A stretch of 61,332 nucleotides of DNA, filler included, from Sphacelaria rigidula (GCA_964200075.2; 8 parts of 8 records of this genome joined end to end with filler, not necessarily neighbours in it), one strand, 5' to 3'. Counted from the whole stretch's first letter, positions 37,122-51,200 are shown. Numbers and translations: made by a program. The notes: generated by a model from the sequence alone, not told the origin.

Positions 37122-38255
37122 TATCGCGCATGGTGTCTAAGGCACTGGAACGTGCTAGAGGGGTGGCCTAGTGTGACGTGCCATGGTGCCGGGAGGAGAT
37201 ATCACTGGCACCCGCCCAGGTCTCACTAATCTCAACTTAGTTTGTATCTCAACCTTATCCTCAAGCCCAAACGTCGGACTGCCTTGCGTTGGTGTGGGTA
37301 CTTCGAAAGAGTGCAGTCTTATCCATAAACATCCAAGCTAGGTCATAGTTAGGCCTGCACAAAAATACAGTATAATAGTATAGCGAAGCGCAGCAAAGCA
37401 TCGTATTGTATCGTAGTAGTACCGTTATTTTGATTTTTCGTTGCACCCCTCCCCTTCCCATGGATGAGGTCTTGGTGACATGGGATCAACCCATTTCTGG
37501 GGTTAAATCGACGAGGAAATATGGGCCCCAAACGTTTGAGCAGATGGGCACCTTCCCCTTGGTTGGACGATTAATACGATATGCGGATCACGGCCCAACT
37601 CGTCTATGTCGCTGAGATATTGCTTTTAGAGTTTGAATATGTTTTTAGCTGGCCCAGCTTGTATACCCCTCACACATGAACACAAAACTATCTGAGGCGA
37701 CAGCTGGCTTTAGCGTCTGTGGAATAAGGAAATATATATCGAAAAATGTACGTACATAGCGCTAGTAGCCGACGCCACTCACCTATTTACGTGGTCAGCA
37801 ATAGATATTGGTGGCCGTGATTCAGATTGCGTTGTGACCAGCGATTTACGTTGGTGGCCGCGATTCAAATGATATTGTGACCCTCACTACAGGATGGTTC
37901 ATGCTCATCATCCAAAATTGTGTCATCAGCAAATAACAGTGGATCGTGGAAGATGGAGGTGATCTCCCAAGTGAGGTTCAAGTGGCATATCTTTTTTGCA
38001 GGGATGACGCGGAACAGTTACTCAGAGCGAAACCATCTCCCCCCCTACATGTCTGCAGCAGTAAAGCAGTTGTGGCTAGGTGCGCCGAACGAATGCGGTG
38101 TACACGCTCACCTCTTTTCGTCGAGCACAATTGGGGGTTTAAAATTTGATGTGGAGAGTATAATATACATTTTTCAACCGGGGAATTAATACAACAACAG
38201 AGGTCCCACGACCTTCCTCAAACTTAGACCTGTGACGGTTTAAGAGACAACCAAC

Positions 38256-38295
38256 TAGACTACTGACCAGTCAGCGCTGACTGGTCAGTAGTCTA
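38256..38295. repeat. Perfect 40-bp palindrome running into the fragment end
   Basis: TAGACTACTGACCAGTCAGC|GCTGACTGGTCAGTAGTCTA. Confidence 0.9.
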
Positions 38296-38395
38296 NNNNN
38301 NNNNNNNNNNNNNNNNNNNNNNNNNNNNNNNNNNNNNNNTTAATTAATTAANNNNNNNNNNNNNNNNNNNNNNNNNNNNNNNNNNNNNNNNNNNN

Positions 38396-38450
38396 CTCCG
38401 GGTTCTCATCCTCAATGAAAAGCACCATCCTCAACATAGATGATTGGCTG
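38396..38450. mobile_element. Right end of a family F foldback MITE
   Basis: CTCCGGGTTCTCATCCTCAATGAAAAG..CCATCCTCAA...GATGATTGGCTG matches the end of 55389-55834. Confidence 0.7.
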
Positions 38451-39167
38451 TTTAAGGGAAAGACAATATGATCTGGTCATTATTCTGTTCTATTTTTGCT
38501 GCTGCTCCTGGCCACGGGTTGGATTGTTGCAATCAGCTAATGATAATGTGAGATAATCAATCAATCAAATCAATCATGATCGGGACAGGCTCGATCGACC
38601 GAAAATACCGAGGGGTAAGAATCTGAGCTGAAACGTGGCGGAGCCCACGATGATCGGTCAGCCCGTAACTCACTCAACATTGAGTAAATTTGTTTTTTTC
38701 TTGGAATGTGAAGCGGATACAAATATATATCTTCAGATCCCCAGTGTGATAAGCGGTAGCAAGCGAAAAGAGCCCACGAAAATCGCCAATTATTATTACG
38801 AAAAAATCACAAAATGCCATAAAATGAATAGTTAGACCGCCCACTACGGTAGGATTGATGTTTGCCCGGAAGAGAACACACACGAAGAAGTACCGCGTCC
38901 TCCACCTTTGTATCCATATGGACAACACATTTAAAAGGAAATACTGTTGTAGCGCGAGTATGACGTGTTGTGAGGCTGATACTCGCATGGCGAACCGGTT
39001 CTCAGCTCTCGCAGCCGCGCATGCTATCGGCATTCTTCAATTCCCACAACACTGACATTATGTCATAATACTTTATTCTGTCAGGGGGCGAAGCACCGCC
39101 TGCTTCCTGGTAGTTCGCCTATAGCTCTACCACCTGCTCTTTGCTGATACCCACGCATCTGCGTAAG

Positions 39168-39266
39168 ATGGCTCCTAAGTTTGACCTGGCGACGCCCAAG
39201 GGCATGGGTGGTTTCAACGGCTACATCTCGTCCAGGTCATACGTGGAGGGCTACGCGTACTCTCAG
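39168..39266 (+). CDS. Translation elongation factor 1-beta-like protein (N-terminal GST-C-like domain), exon 1
   Basis: ATG..., MAPKFDLATPKGMGGFNGYISSRSYVEGYAYSQ, donor CAG|GTATGC, phase 0; matches the eEF1B N-terminal DL..GL..LN.YL..RSY..GY..SQAD pattern. Confidence 0.85.
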
Positions 39267-42200
39267 GTATGCTTTGATGTTTCGACTACCCAGCACGCCA
39301 CATCTGCTGGTAAGACGAGGAGGCGGTGCAGCCTCAGCTGCAGCCTGTAGCCGTAGCCGCACCCTTAGCCACAGCAGCTGTCCTCTTTTCCATCTTCTCT
39401 TGGATTTTGCAGTTGTAGCTTTGCAGCTGCATAGGTTATCCTATTCGTTGGAAGGAGCTCCCGTCCTCCTACCCATATTTATTCCCAACACAAGCCAAGG
39501 TGACGAGCTGCGGAGCATCACGTGAGCAAAAACTAGTGGCTTTGGAACCTCCAGGTCGGGCAAGCAATCTTGTTTGGCTATATTTTCAGGAGCCAGCAAT
39601 GAAGCTAGTTGCATATAATTTTTTGCTGCTGTGTGCGATGTTGTGCGCTAAGATTTCTGATGAGCGAAGCATTGCGCTCAGAGAGTAATCGAAATATGCA
39701 CCTCGTGTGCAAATGCCGCCCGCAGCTGTACAACACGGGTGATTACGGAGTATAACACCCTCTAGTGGAACCGTAACAAATATGTTGATTTTCTTCAAAA
39801 CTGTAGCAACCACAGCTGTTTTGTTCGGAAGGTCTCTTTCAGGCACTGGATAAAATAGATTCTTCCGAGAGCGTCAGCTCTTGATTCCCAAGAGTCGAGG
39901 TTGCAATTCTTTCCATTACTCGCGTGCGCTACTGCATGTGGAACCAGCCGTCTCTTAGTCTATCGCACACTAAGTACAAGTGTACTTTTGCAGATGACCT
40001 TTTTACCTCTTCGTGAGACCTACAAGTAGCACACGCGAGAAATTAACTCTGTCTGTAGGTAGTAAAAGTATCCATGACCTGTAGAGTCAGTGTAGCGCTT
40101 CAATCGGCTGTTCCTGCGACCAATCGAATTGTGCTGCCTATTCTGTACTCCAGCGTGCCGTGCTGTACTGTCTGTTGTCATGAAGTGTGAGGCGCACTTT
40201 GCGAAGTAAAACATGTACCACTCTGTCCCATAATATAAGGCTGGTTCCAGTTGAGCGTGTTGCGAACGGTTTGAAACAGGCATCCTTCGTGATCATGCTT
40301 TTGCAGCAATTATAAGGCGGCCTGACGCCAAAATCCCACCTGGAACGCGGGTATGGTTTGTATCTATCCCCCCCCCCCGGGGGTACCCGGGGTCGGCAGA
40401 GATTTCTCCACTAAGGGAATATGGCTTTTTTTAAAACGCTCTTACGGGGCCAAGAAGTACTCTGTTTGCACCATTTTTCGTTGTTGTTCCTTGTCTCTCT
40501 GGACTTTTACGCGAATGCCTATTTTCTGTATCAACGATAATATCGGTGCACATCGAGTGAAATATCCGAAACTAAAAAGCCCGTCCGACTTTGGGGCAAG
40601 AAAAGGGAACTTGAAAAAAACCCTCAGGCATGCGGGGAAAAAACGTGGTCGTTGCGGGGTTCGAATCCACGTCCAAAAAATCGACCTTGGAGTGGAGATA
40701 TCCTGGTTTTTGTCCATATCGACCTTATATTGTGGGACAAAAGTGGTACAAAACAAGAGACGTGAAATGTGTGTTGTCTCTCGAGCAGATGTAACACTCT
40801 TGAATGCAGGCCTCATGTCCGGTGCGGGCGTGTTGAAGCAATTGAAGTAAAACTCGAAGCCGTCCATATTCTTGGAACTTTTACAGGGCGTTCCTCCGGC
40901 CCCCGTCCAGGGGGGGGATGCCCGTGCCGACAAAGCTTGCATACTCACTCTCATATGTGCATGTTGGAACGGCAACCTTGACCGAGAACTGCTCCCTGAG
41001 GACAACACGTACTACAATACACCCGAACTTTTACCGATATGCCCCTACGCCCGAGACGCTGTGAACGTATCTCGAGGTGTTTTCGGCGAAAACTGGGAGG
41101 AATTAATTGTACAACTCTTGTCAAGAGTTCGACCTTGGCTCGAAACTGCAACGCGGAAACGAACCAACGTAGCAGTAGCTCCTTGCGGACATGAAGCACC
41201 AAGCAGCGCTTGCAATACTTAGAGGTACTTACTGATGAGCAAGCCAGTTGTTTTTTTCTGGAAGGCGAGCCCTCGTGCGAGAGCGCAGCGCGTGGTGGGT
41301 GGCCTTCGGTCGGTGGCGTGTGCGGCCCTGCTCCGCTGGCATCGCCGGAAGAAACCAGTAGCGGAAGCTCCACCAAAACGCGTTGAAGGTCGTTTATGTT
41401 GCAGTAATCACCGCGATTGTAACTTGGATGCTCGAGCACTTTTGAAAGAGCTGATTTTGACGTCGAACATGAAAGCGAATTTACGTTCAACGGTGCCCTG
41501 AAGTTCGAAAGCGTCAGCAAACTGAGTCCCAAGTGGGGGGAGACGCAGTTCAAAGACGACTCCCGTCTCCACCAGCACGAAGAGTAAGGTCAATTGGTTT
41601 CTGTGAAAAGAATGTTCACGTTTATCTGATGTTTTGGACAATCTTGTTGTGTTTGGTGCTGATTACTGCACGAACAAGTGTGAAAAGGCGATACTCGAAT
41701 GAGGGCTGAGCCGTCGTTGCATCTCAGATGCGCCCGTATTGGTGTGTATCTTACCGCGCGTTGCAACCCAAACGCAATTCCATCGAGTGCATATTCTCCC
41801 CCCCAGCTCGACAGTACAGTTCGTACCTCCGCAAGCTCAGCGTGATCGCAGTGTTTGGCTTCTTTCCGTACAAAACTCATCATTGCTGTAGTACTGCCAG
41901 AAAAAAAAAACGAACGGTGTCGCCGCTGCGTGGATAATTCTCCTTCTCTCAAGAAAAACGCCGACCAAGCGTCGAGATGTCCTCGCAAGCAGCGGGCTAA
42001 AACAACACGGCATGGAAGGAAAGGAACCACAACAAACTAGGTCGCACACAAATATAATCATCAGTGCCTGAATGTGGCATTATACCTCAACAACCCCCGC
42101 CGTCACAACCCCAACGATATAGTATGCAAGCAATCAGCACGGACATCGCCCACGAGGCTGACACGGCCGAAAAAAGCGCTGAGCGGGACAGAGAGTTGAC

Positions 42201-43777
42201 TGACTGCCGATGCCATCTATTATAGAAAGACGACGCTCATCTGCTCATACAGCAAATGGCGTCCTCGCCTGCCAAGTTCCATGTTTTCCAACCATAGATT
42301 CATCATAGTGTAATCAGTACTGTCGTGATAATCATGAGTGCATAAGGCCGTGACCCCACAAGGTAGCTGTTTGTATTTTTTAATTGTCGCACTTCGAACC
42401 CCTCTCCTTCCTCGGGACGAGTCCGTGGTCTAGAGGGATCGATCCATCATTCAACGGTGTTAGTGTTGATATTGGTGTCAGTGTTCAGATTATTGGACCC
42501 GTACACTATTGTGGAAGCAACGTCGGGAGTTCCACGATTTTTGTGTCTTGGTCTTTGGTACAACCCATTCGAACAAATGGGGGAAAGGTGGGTCGCTTCG
42601 CTTGAAGAATTCTTGTACCGTTGGAAAAAAATCTACTTCATCATCATGAGCTTTCGTGACCCGGTTGTCGGTAGGACTGGCCACATCTAACATCCCGATT
42701 TTTTCACACCTTTTTATGCGTTTATTTCAGTTACTCGCAATATCTCGGAGGACTCTCCAGCTTTCATGTGAAATTGCCAGCCCCGCCAAAAGTTTGGAAT
42801 GGGCGCGCGAGAGATTTTGTGCACTGAAATCCTCTCGAACCGTACAGTAACTTTCCCCCAAGATACAGAACATATCCAATACATGGCCCTCTTCATTGTC
42901 GAAAGTTTGGCTGAACAGTCAGACTTTCTTTTTTACGGCAGTATTTCTTGACTATACCCTAGTGTGTTTTGTTCCCACTACACAGCACAGTATCACCGCT
43001 GCAGCGAGCGGTGTAACATCTCGGCTCACGAGGCGAATATTGAAAGTGCTTAGTTTGGCGCCTCAGCTTTTCGTGACTTGCCAGCTAAAACGGCCAGGCA
43101 GATTCTGCCGCATCTCTCGTCGGAATTAGGAAAACCCATACAAAATGACCGAGGTTTTGTTTTGTTGTTCTTGTCTTCACATAAGAAAGCGTTCCGATAT
43201 TTGCCTAGTACTCTGTACTGGGCATCTGATGCGGACGCCTTCCGTGGTCACAGGCCAACTACCCCAACCTAAATAAATATATATGAATATATATATACAG
43301 GGTCGAAAAAAAAATCTTGCGTAGAACAATTCATGCAAACGCAGAACAAAAAAAGGCAAATGCATACTAACACTAATGGTAACAAGAACAAGGGACGAGA
43401 GGAAAAAATAGTGCCAACCTTCAAAGTTCCGATGCCGCATGCGACCATTCGCGTTACTGGAGGCAGGACCCAGGGGTACACTCAACATGCAAGAGTACCG
43501 AATTTTGTGTTGCCATGGTCCGATCTTCAAAATTCTACCCAAATGTTGAATAATGTTGGGTACGATCGCAATGCTCTTCACAACATCTGGTTGTTGTTGT
43601 ACACAATTTCAATATTCCAACTAAATTTTGAGTGCTTGGAGTAGGCTTTTTCAAAATACCCGACCGTGGGGAATGATGGCCTGTCGAACAAACCCTTGGA
43701 AACGACCGTTATGAAATTCCTCGTTGATTTATGGTGTTCACACGTGCTTATCGCGTCCTCGTCATCGATGAATGCAG

Positions 43778-43884
43778 GCGGACGCCGACATGTTCGCCAC
43801 CTGCTCCGGCACCCCGGACAAGGCGAAGGCCCCCCACGCCTACCGCTGGTTCATCCACATCGCCGCCATCATGGGAGTACGAAG
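43778..43884 (+). CDS. EF1-beta-like protein, exon 2
   Basis: TGCAG acceptor, ADADMFATCSGTPDKAKAPHAYRWFIHIAAIMGVR, donor AG|GTATCA. Joins exon 1 to give SQAD and contains PH..RW..HI. Intron 1 is 4511 nt. The C-terminal GEF domain is not in the fragment, so a different protein carrying this N-domain cannot be excluded. Confidence 0.85.
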
Positions 43885-44136
43885 GTATCACACCTCGGAC
43901 AGGTCATGATACGTCTCGAAATAACTAATGTAATCGAAACAAAACTGTTCGATCCGTTGATGCCAAAACACATCATATGCGACCGCGGAGTCAGAGTAGC
44001 CAAAAGCGCAACCTTTGCGCCACTCGGCGTGCTCGGCCTCCGGCGCTGCAAGTAAAAAACGTGGAGAACAGGGGCCAAACTATCCGGATCATGACCCGGA
44101 TCAGAAGACTGGAAGGAAGTCATTTTCCGACAGATC

Positions 44137-44280
44137 CACACCTTGGATAAAATATGGTACTGCATAAAGAATGGGCCTATTGCGACTATTGTGGGCCGGC
44201 AATAGTTGCAGTAGGCCTATATTTTTTGCAGCACACTTCTCACCTACTGCATGTATTAAACATATATTGTCCAGGGTGTG
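44137..44280. mobile_element. Family P MITE with an 8-bp TSD, in intron 2 of the EF1-beta-like gene
   Basis: CACACCTTGGA...TTGTCCAGGGTGTG; GACAGATC at 44129-44136 and 44281-44288. Confidence 0.9.
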
Positions 44281-46496
44281 GACAGATCATGGTCTGTCCG
44301 ACGCGTGGAAGGTATTATGCCAATGCTTTCACGCCTCGGACGAATAATCGCCGGTCCGAATCACGAAATCTACGATTTTTCAAGTCTGATTGCTCGAAAG
44401 CGAGGAAGAAGATGACCGCTGGTCAGAAAGGTCCCCACGGATTTTTTTGCGCCATTCCACGTGCCTGGGCGGCGCGTGCCTGGCATGCAACGCAGAAAAC
44501 AAAGTCTTCGGGATGGATTCGTGCGGCACGAGTCAACGAATCATTGACCCTTCCGACCGTTGAATAATTTCCCTTATGATTATCAGTCGCTGAAAATCAC
44601 GTTGACCCATATCATACCTTACGTAAAATAGCACCGTACCCGCCTTTGAACGTGGATGTTGTCATTGTCGACTACCTCAGCGCCCAAGAATTCCTCCTCG
44701 GGAAAATCCGACCTGACAGTCCCGCATTTTTTTGGAGCATGGCCATGTCATGCTCTCACGGCCCCTTGCTGGCCTTCGGGCGCTCAATCGGGGGCAAAAA
44801 CGAGCACTTCTTCCCCTCGTAAAGCAAGTGTAAAGTAGAAGCGGGCGGGTTGGAGCTTTTTGGGCGCCGATATCACTGCATCGAACTCACGGCGGCGAGC
44901 TCGTAGGCTGTGGGCTGTGATGCCCCCGTACATGCTCGATACCACATGCGGTGGGGGCACAGTCAATGTTTCGAGGACGAACGCCCTGATGAGTAGAGAT
45001 GAGTCGTGCTGGAGGACAATTAAGGGGGTTGGCTTGGTGAGGATGTCTCATGATGCAAACCCGAGACTACCTGGGTAAGGGTTGGGCACCCCCACCTTGG
45101 TGACTACCCGTGAACCGGACCGCGTTGGTGATAAATTAGCTCGAGGGCCCAGTTCGGAGCGGCGGCGAGGTGGAGCGCACTCGAATGCGCCGGTTCCTTA
45201 CCTGTCTCCTTGGGACGAAAAAGAAAGTAGTCGATGCTCATGGTGATGACCTATCTCCACCGGCCTAAAATCATTTTTGCAGCTCTGTAATGTACTCTGT
45301 TTTGTACTGTACCGACCGTGACGGGCATGTGCGGGGCAAGCACACGGCTGGCTCAGACCCCCGATGTTTTCACACATCGTCGTTGCGTCTTTCATTCGCA
45401 AAACCTGCCCGAACCTCCACCTGCCGATAGTGAATGCAAAACCAGACCAGCAAGAGGCCGCCCCTACGACTTGGGGCTGAAAGTCGAGTCACGTGAAAAT
45501 CGTTTTTTTGTGTTTTGTTTTCATCTCTGATGATCAATACTGCTCACAATCCGTATTTGTGTGAACAGTAATCGGTTTTGTAGTCAAGGCATTCATCATG
45601 ATTTGACGCCTCACCATAGCACCGTACGTAATCGTTCTCCAGATGTTCATCTTTTTTTTTCTTTGCACATGTTCAACTTTACCGTTTTTGCTGACAGTAG
45701 TTTTTGACATATATCTTGTGTGGTTTTTTTGTACATCGTTAGTGGGTGGGCATCTTCCGTCTATACATGAAATTTTTGCACGTTTCATTTCAGTTACAGG
45801 CAAAAAGCATGGGCTTTTCGTCTTCAAAAAGCGGCCTCTCTGGGCACCTCAAAATTGTGGTCTCTCTGGGGTGGGATTTTATTCTCTCTCCTGGTATCCC
45901 CCCCCCCCCCCCCCCCCCCCCTTCCCTCCCCTCCTCTTCGTGTCGCCGCCCGCCCTGCGCTCGCCGCTCTGCATNNNNNNNNNNNNNNNNNNNNNNNNNN
46001 NNNNNNNNNNNNNNNNNNTTAATTAATTAANNNNNNNNNNNNNNNNNNNNNNNNNNNNNNNNNNNNNNNNNNNNAGCCCTCTTGTCCAGATCGTCTGGCA
46101 GAGGCTATATTACATATCTGCTCCATCACTTCGAGGTGAAGTGCCAGTAGTATATCTGCTACATCACCTCAAGGTGTAGTGGATATGTCCTACATCATGT
46201 TCAGAACGCTCTTCATGCAATTGGCAATTGGGGTTTGGCGTTCGGCACTTCCGCATCAAGCGTCTCACCATACCTAAGTCACACTTTCCTCATTCGACTG
46301 ACTAACCGTCGACCGACCCGCTGTCGTCCATAGATATAAACTGCAGACCAACTAGGTACCGACGAAGTTTGTGGTACCTGTGCTGCTGTAGACTGCAAAC
46401 TTCACCCGTACAGTCTAATCATATATAGTATTTCTTTGTTATCAACTCCACATAATAAAACCAATATAGAAATACTTGGTAACGACAAGCGGCACA

Positions 46497-46726
46497 GGTT
46501 TCAGTATATTCGCATGCATGATTGGAGCAGTCGCAGGGGACAGGGGATTCTGGATTGATGGCCCTTATCTGTGTGGACCCTTGCTCCTGGCTTGCGATGT
46601 GGTCTGCTGAGTAACACTCCGTGATAATAACAAGTGAGAAGAAAGGACTTGTTGAGCACGAGGCCAGTGCTACTGGAGGAGTCCCTCGTGGATAGTCCTC
46701 TTGTCCAGATCGTCTGGCAGAAGCTA
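46497..46726 (+). mobile_element. LTR-like fragment (family L); a further 3'-end fragment at 46075-46114
   Basis: Reverse complement of about 54597-54828; ends CTCTTGTCCAGATCGTCTGGCAGA(A/G)GCTA. Confidence 0.65.
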
Positions 46727-46909
46727 CAGGGCAAAGTAAAGGAACGTAGAGACGTGAACAAGCGTGCAGGCTGGAGATTGCACTGAGGCATGTTGAAAGC
46801 AAAAAAAAGGCTGCCACCGATGAAAGCAAGCATTGAAGGTGGGAGAGGGCAAGATGAACATTGGACTATACATGGTGGAGAGGGGGTTGAACGGGGAAAA
46901 TGAATGTAA

Positions 46910-47201
46910 CAATGTTTTCGTGAAATTGAGAGTAGGGGATGCAATCGAGCGTGAAAAACGATCAATCAGTGAATGATTTGTTTCAGTTCCGAAATGCCCC
47001 TCCACGAGGCCCAATATGCTCTCTGTAGTATCTTGGCACTGAGGCCCATGATATCCCTGAGTAGGATATCGACGTATAGCTGTAAGCACACGCCAGTGAT
47101 AGACAAATAAAATCACATGGAGTGAATAATCTGCTAAGTTGAAGCGATTGATTGAATCCACTCTCAATCAGCGCTCTACTCTCAATCTCACGAAAACGTC
47201 A
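46910..47201. mobile_element. Family M MITE
   Basis: TIRs as at 32358-32653, opposite orientation. Confidence 0.8.
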
Positions 47202-48299
47202 TGTGTAGTTGCGGTACTTTCCGTAAATGGTGGTTCAGTTTCCGGCTCCGCTCCTGGTCGCCGTGGGTCGGATACCCTGTCGGGTAGGATTAGGTCTCTT
47301 CTTTCCGGGTGGAGGGTCGGTTTTGCTTGGCGTCACGGGGTCGCCTCCGCGAGGGCAAGAGGAATAAGTATTGACTCACGGTACTTTCCGAGATGTGGAG
47401 TTGTCGTTTCTCGAGGTAAACGCCTCTTTCTCCTGCAGCAAGTGCCGTTGGAAATCCGACAGCAGCTCGGCACGGGTGTCGTAGAAGCAGCCATGACACC
47501 TTATAAATTCTGGGTCATGATCCCACGCCAACAGGTCAAACAGGTTTTTTGGCAGGGGTGGCTCTGTATTCGTAGCAAGGGTGAGAACTGCTCTCGTCCG
47601 CTTTGACGAGAGTCTTTGCGCAGGTGCGACCGTCGGTGTGGGCGTATATCCTGTCTTTACCACCGTTGGGGTCGGCCATACGGTTGTAGGGAGTGCTGAC
47701 CCCGATGTCCGCGCCACACGCATGTCAGAGGAAGGAAATCTGTTTCCTGGCGCCCTTCGGGACTGGCTTTGTCTCCTGGGATACAGACACGTGGGTAATG
47801 CACACGGAGCACCTGTCGATGTTGAACGAATCGGGAGAAGGACGAAGGGACGGTTGCGGAAAATTCAGCGAGGAAAGTACGGAAGGAAACATTGTTGTAC
47901 TGTGAGCGAATGCGTGACGAACGGGTGTTGAAAACAACGATGTCAAGTAGGTTGAAAAGGAAGGAAGTGGGATAATAAGTTCAATTCGGTAATCAGGTTA
48001 CTCCTCGATGAACTTACAGTGGAAAAACCACCGGCCTGTGAGTAACTGTGGCATTCTGTACAAGCAAGTGCAGCATATAGGAGTATGTTGTATTGCGTCA
48101 ACACAAAGAATGTGGGAGGTCCCCTTCTTGCGTTCCCCATGTGTGTTGAATCGTGGGCTGAAAATGGGTGTTGCCAACTCCTGCGGGAAAGTACACCAAA
48201 CACATGCATTCAATGGGCTGGGGACTGGACCAGTGAAGACTGTATATCTTCATTGTAACTGGAGTTGAACTGGAAATGGCTACGAGAGCGCCAGTTGTC

Positions 48300-51200
48300 C
48301 AGTATCATTTGGCTACAGCACCTCCAAAGCGAGTTCAATACAAACGAAGGAGCTTGACAACCAACAAAAATCACCAAGCCGAATTTGCATGCGCCAAATC
48401 ACAAAGAAATACCATACTCCGACGCTAACTTCCTGGTCAACGCTCCAGTCAACCGCAGTTTGCGCAGTTCCTTCAAAACAAGTTCAGGCGCCGAAGAATG
48501 AATTTTCCGAAGAGACTCCCACGTACGTTCTTCAGGCCCGAACCCTTCCCAATCGACCAAAATTATGACATCACAATTGTCATCCTCAGCGACGTGCACC
48601 GAAGCATTTATCCGACATTCACCTTGAGCATATGAAGGCTGAAATACATCCTTGAGTTCCGCAGCGATGTGCAACTGCGAGTCAGCATAGAAACGTAAAC
48701 GAGCGACATGGGCCGAGTGCACGGCGCCAGAAACAATATTCTGCACCGAATACACGTGAGCGTGATCGGCTCCGACCACTCGCCACGGACCTGTCCATTT
48801 GGACATCAGTTTTGGCGTCACACCTTGCCTATGAACACGAGCATACAAAACAAAATCACCAACCGCAAATTTGGGCAACACAGCTTGGCCCTGAGCAAGC
48901 TTATGTTTAGTTTCTCGGGACACCGCAACAGCTGCTTGCACTTCTTTGCAAAACCTCACTTGCTCTTCAACGACGTTCTTAACCTTGTCACGCAACGCGT
49001 CAGCATTCATGACATCGGTTTTCCACTCGCCGTCAGTGGCAGAAACCAAAGCTGAAAACGCGGTATGCGGCGCCCGTCAAAACATCACACAGTATGGAGT
49101 GTTGCGGTAGCGTTCACGAAAAGACGTATTCAGCGCCCACTGAGCTGCCGGTAGAACATTAACCCAATCCGACACCGGTCGTCTCTGTTCTGATAAAATA
49201 GACCTCAGCGCACGAATAACCTCCTTCACCATACGCTCACATGCACCGTCGGACTATGGGGTGTATGCAACAGCAAATTGTTATTTCACCTGAAGCGCGT
49301 CGCTCAGATGCGCTATCACTCGATTTTTGAAATGCGAAGCTGTATCGCTCACCCACACCCGTGGCATCCTCAAAGTCTTACACCACTGCAACAAATCTTG
49401 AGCCGTGACCTCGGCTGTACAACCTTTGGTCGGCTCCAGACAAACGAAATTAGATAAATCATCCATTATGACTAGTACGTATCGAAAACCATCGTCCTCA
49501 GGCAAACCATCCTCACCTTCACGCCCGCTACTCCCGACGTAGAGATAGTCAAAGTGAACCACCTCACCTGGCGCAGTACCATGCACAGTATCGCCAAACG
49601 GACGAGGTACAATGTCACCAGCACGAGTGTCTACACAGTGTAAACGCTGGCAAACAAACTCGCGAACCTGAGAATCCATGTGAGGCCACACACAGTAGTC
49701 TTTCAGACGAAACAAAGTCGGCACCACACCACGGTGCCCAGCCGATCTCATGTGAGCGCACACCATAAGGCGATTTTGCACAGTCTTATCCTCTGGCGGA
49801 ATCCACAAAACATCACGACTACCAACATGCACCCAAAACGAACCCATCATCAGCCAAGGTAGATTGAAACGAAGGTCGTGGGAAAAGAAGTTACACCGTC
49901 GCCGACTGTTTTCCGCTGCGCATTGCGAATTACATCTAACGAGGGCACTGAATCGTCAGCATCACACGGGCTGCACACAGCAACGGACCGAATAGGTACG
50001 GTAGAGACCTGTACCCAACGAGACAACAAATCTCCTCAACAATTTTTTTCTCCCGGGATATGTTCAATTACGTATCCGTACTGACCTATCACACCTTTCC
50101 AATTCTCCAGTTTCTGTACTATGGCTTTTGTGACCGAGGTGACACACTCCTCAGGGTTGAAAAGGTACTTTAGATTCCGATGATCAGTGAAAATACGAAC
50201 ACCACCCCAGAGCAAATACTCGAGTCTGCGGAATGTGTTTACAATCGCGAAACCGCCCTTATCCACTGTCGCCCACCGCAACTGTGAACCCTTGAAACTA
50301 CCACTCAGAAACCCCGAAGGTTCGTGTGACATATTTTTCAACGCCATGCCACTGTTAAACTCTGTGACAGGCACCTGCGTCAGAAAAGACTCCCAGTGAA
50401 GGTCACTTACATCGGGAAATATTAACACAACGCACCCAGGACGAGGATGACACAGTGTGACCGCTTGCGCCACCAAATCCTGCGCTCCACGCCATGCCCG
50501 CATCCGATCCTCCGTCCAGGCATCCTCCGGAATGACATGATTTCGCGCCACCCGCTTGATCCTACGCAACGCCCCTGTCATTAGTTGTTCTAAAAACGCA
50601 CGAAGCGGCGCTACTACTTCTGCCATGCGAGGTAGCGCAGTTCGCAACCAATTGACCGCCTGCAGAAACTGCATCAGCTCACCTGCATTTTGAGGACGTC
50701 GCATTGTACTCAGCCCTTGAATGCGTACAGGATCATGAGACACAGTTCCGTGCGAGTACACCTTGCCACACCAAACTATTTCTCGAGAAAAAAACGTGCA
50801 ATTGTGAGCTGCGACAAACAGACCAACACTTTCCAAACGTCCGAGAATCTTGTCTAACAACGTCAGCAACGCTTCTTCTGAATCGGCGAAATAAAAAACA
50901 TCATCGACCCACACTTTGCAGTCCAATCCTTGCAGAAGATCAGTCATCACACCTTGAAAATAGCATGTAGCATTCAGCACACCCTGAGGAACACGAGTTG
51001 GCGTAAACAGACCTTCTGGTGTGACGATCGTGAAGAACTCTTGTGCGTCCGGTGCCAGAGGCATTTGCCAATACTCGTGGAGCAAGTCCTATTTGCCAAA
51101 GCATTGCGCTCCCAGTAACTCCCGCATGTCCTCCTGACTCAGTATTACCGCCGGAGACTGCTCTATCTGCGCGTTCACCGCTTGGTAGTCACTGACCAAA

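Noticed and set aside
36694..39266. Divergent (head-to-head) GDSL-like / EF1-beta-like gene pair
   Set aside because: They are separated by an artificial linker and lie on different fragments.
40640..40680. tRNA gene (GGTTCGAATCC...CCA); similar T-arm motifs near 6605-6625 and 22835-22860
   Set aside because: No D-arm, anticodon arm or acceptor stem could be folded; at most SINE or B-box remnants.
46497..46726. 3' LTR of the Gypsy element at 48300-53653
   Set aside because: It is inverted relative to the LTR end near 53505, and LTRs must be direct repeats.
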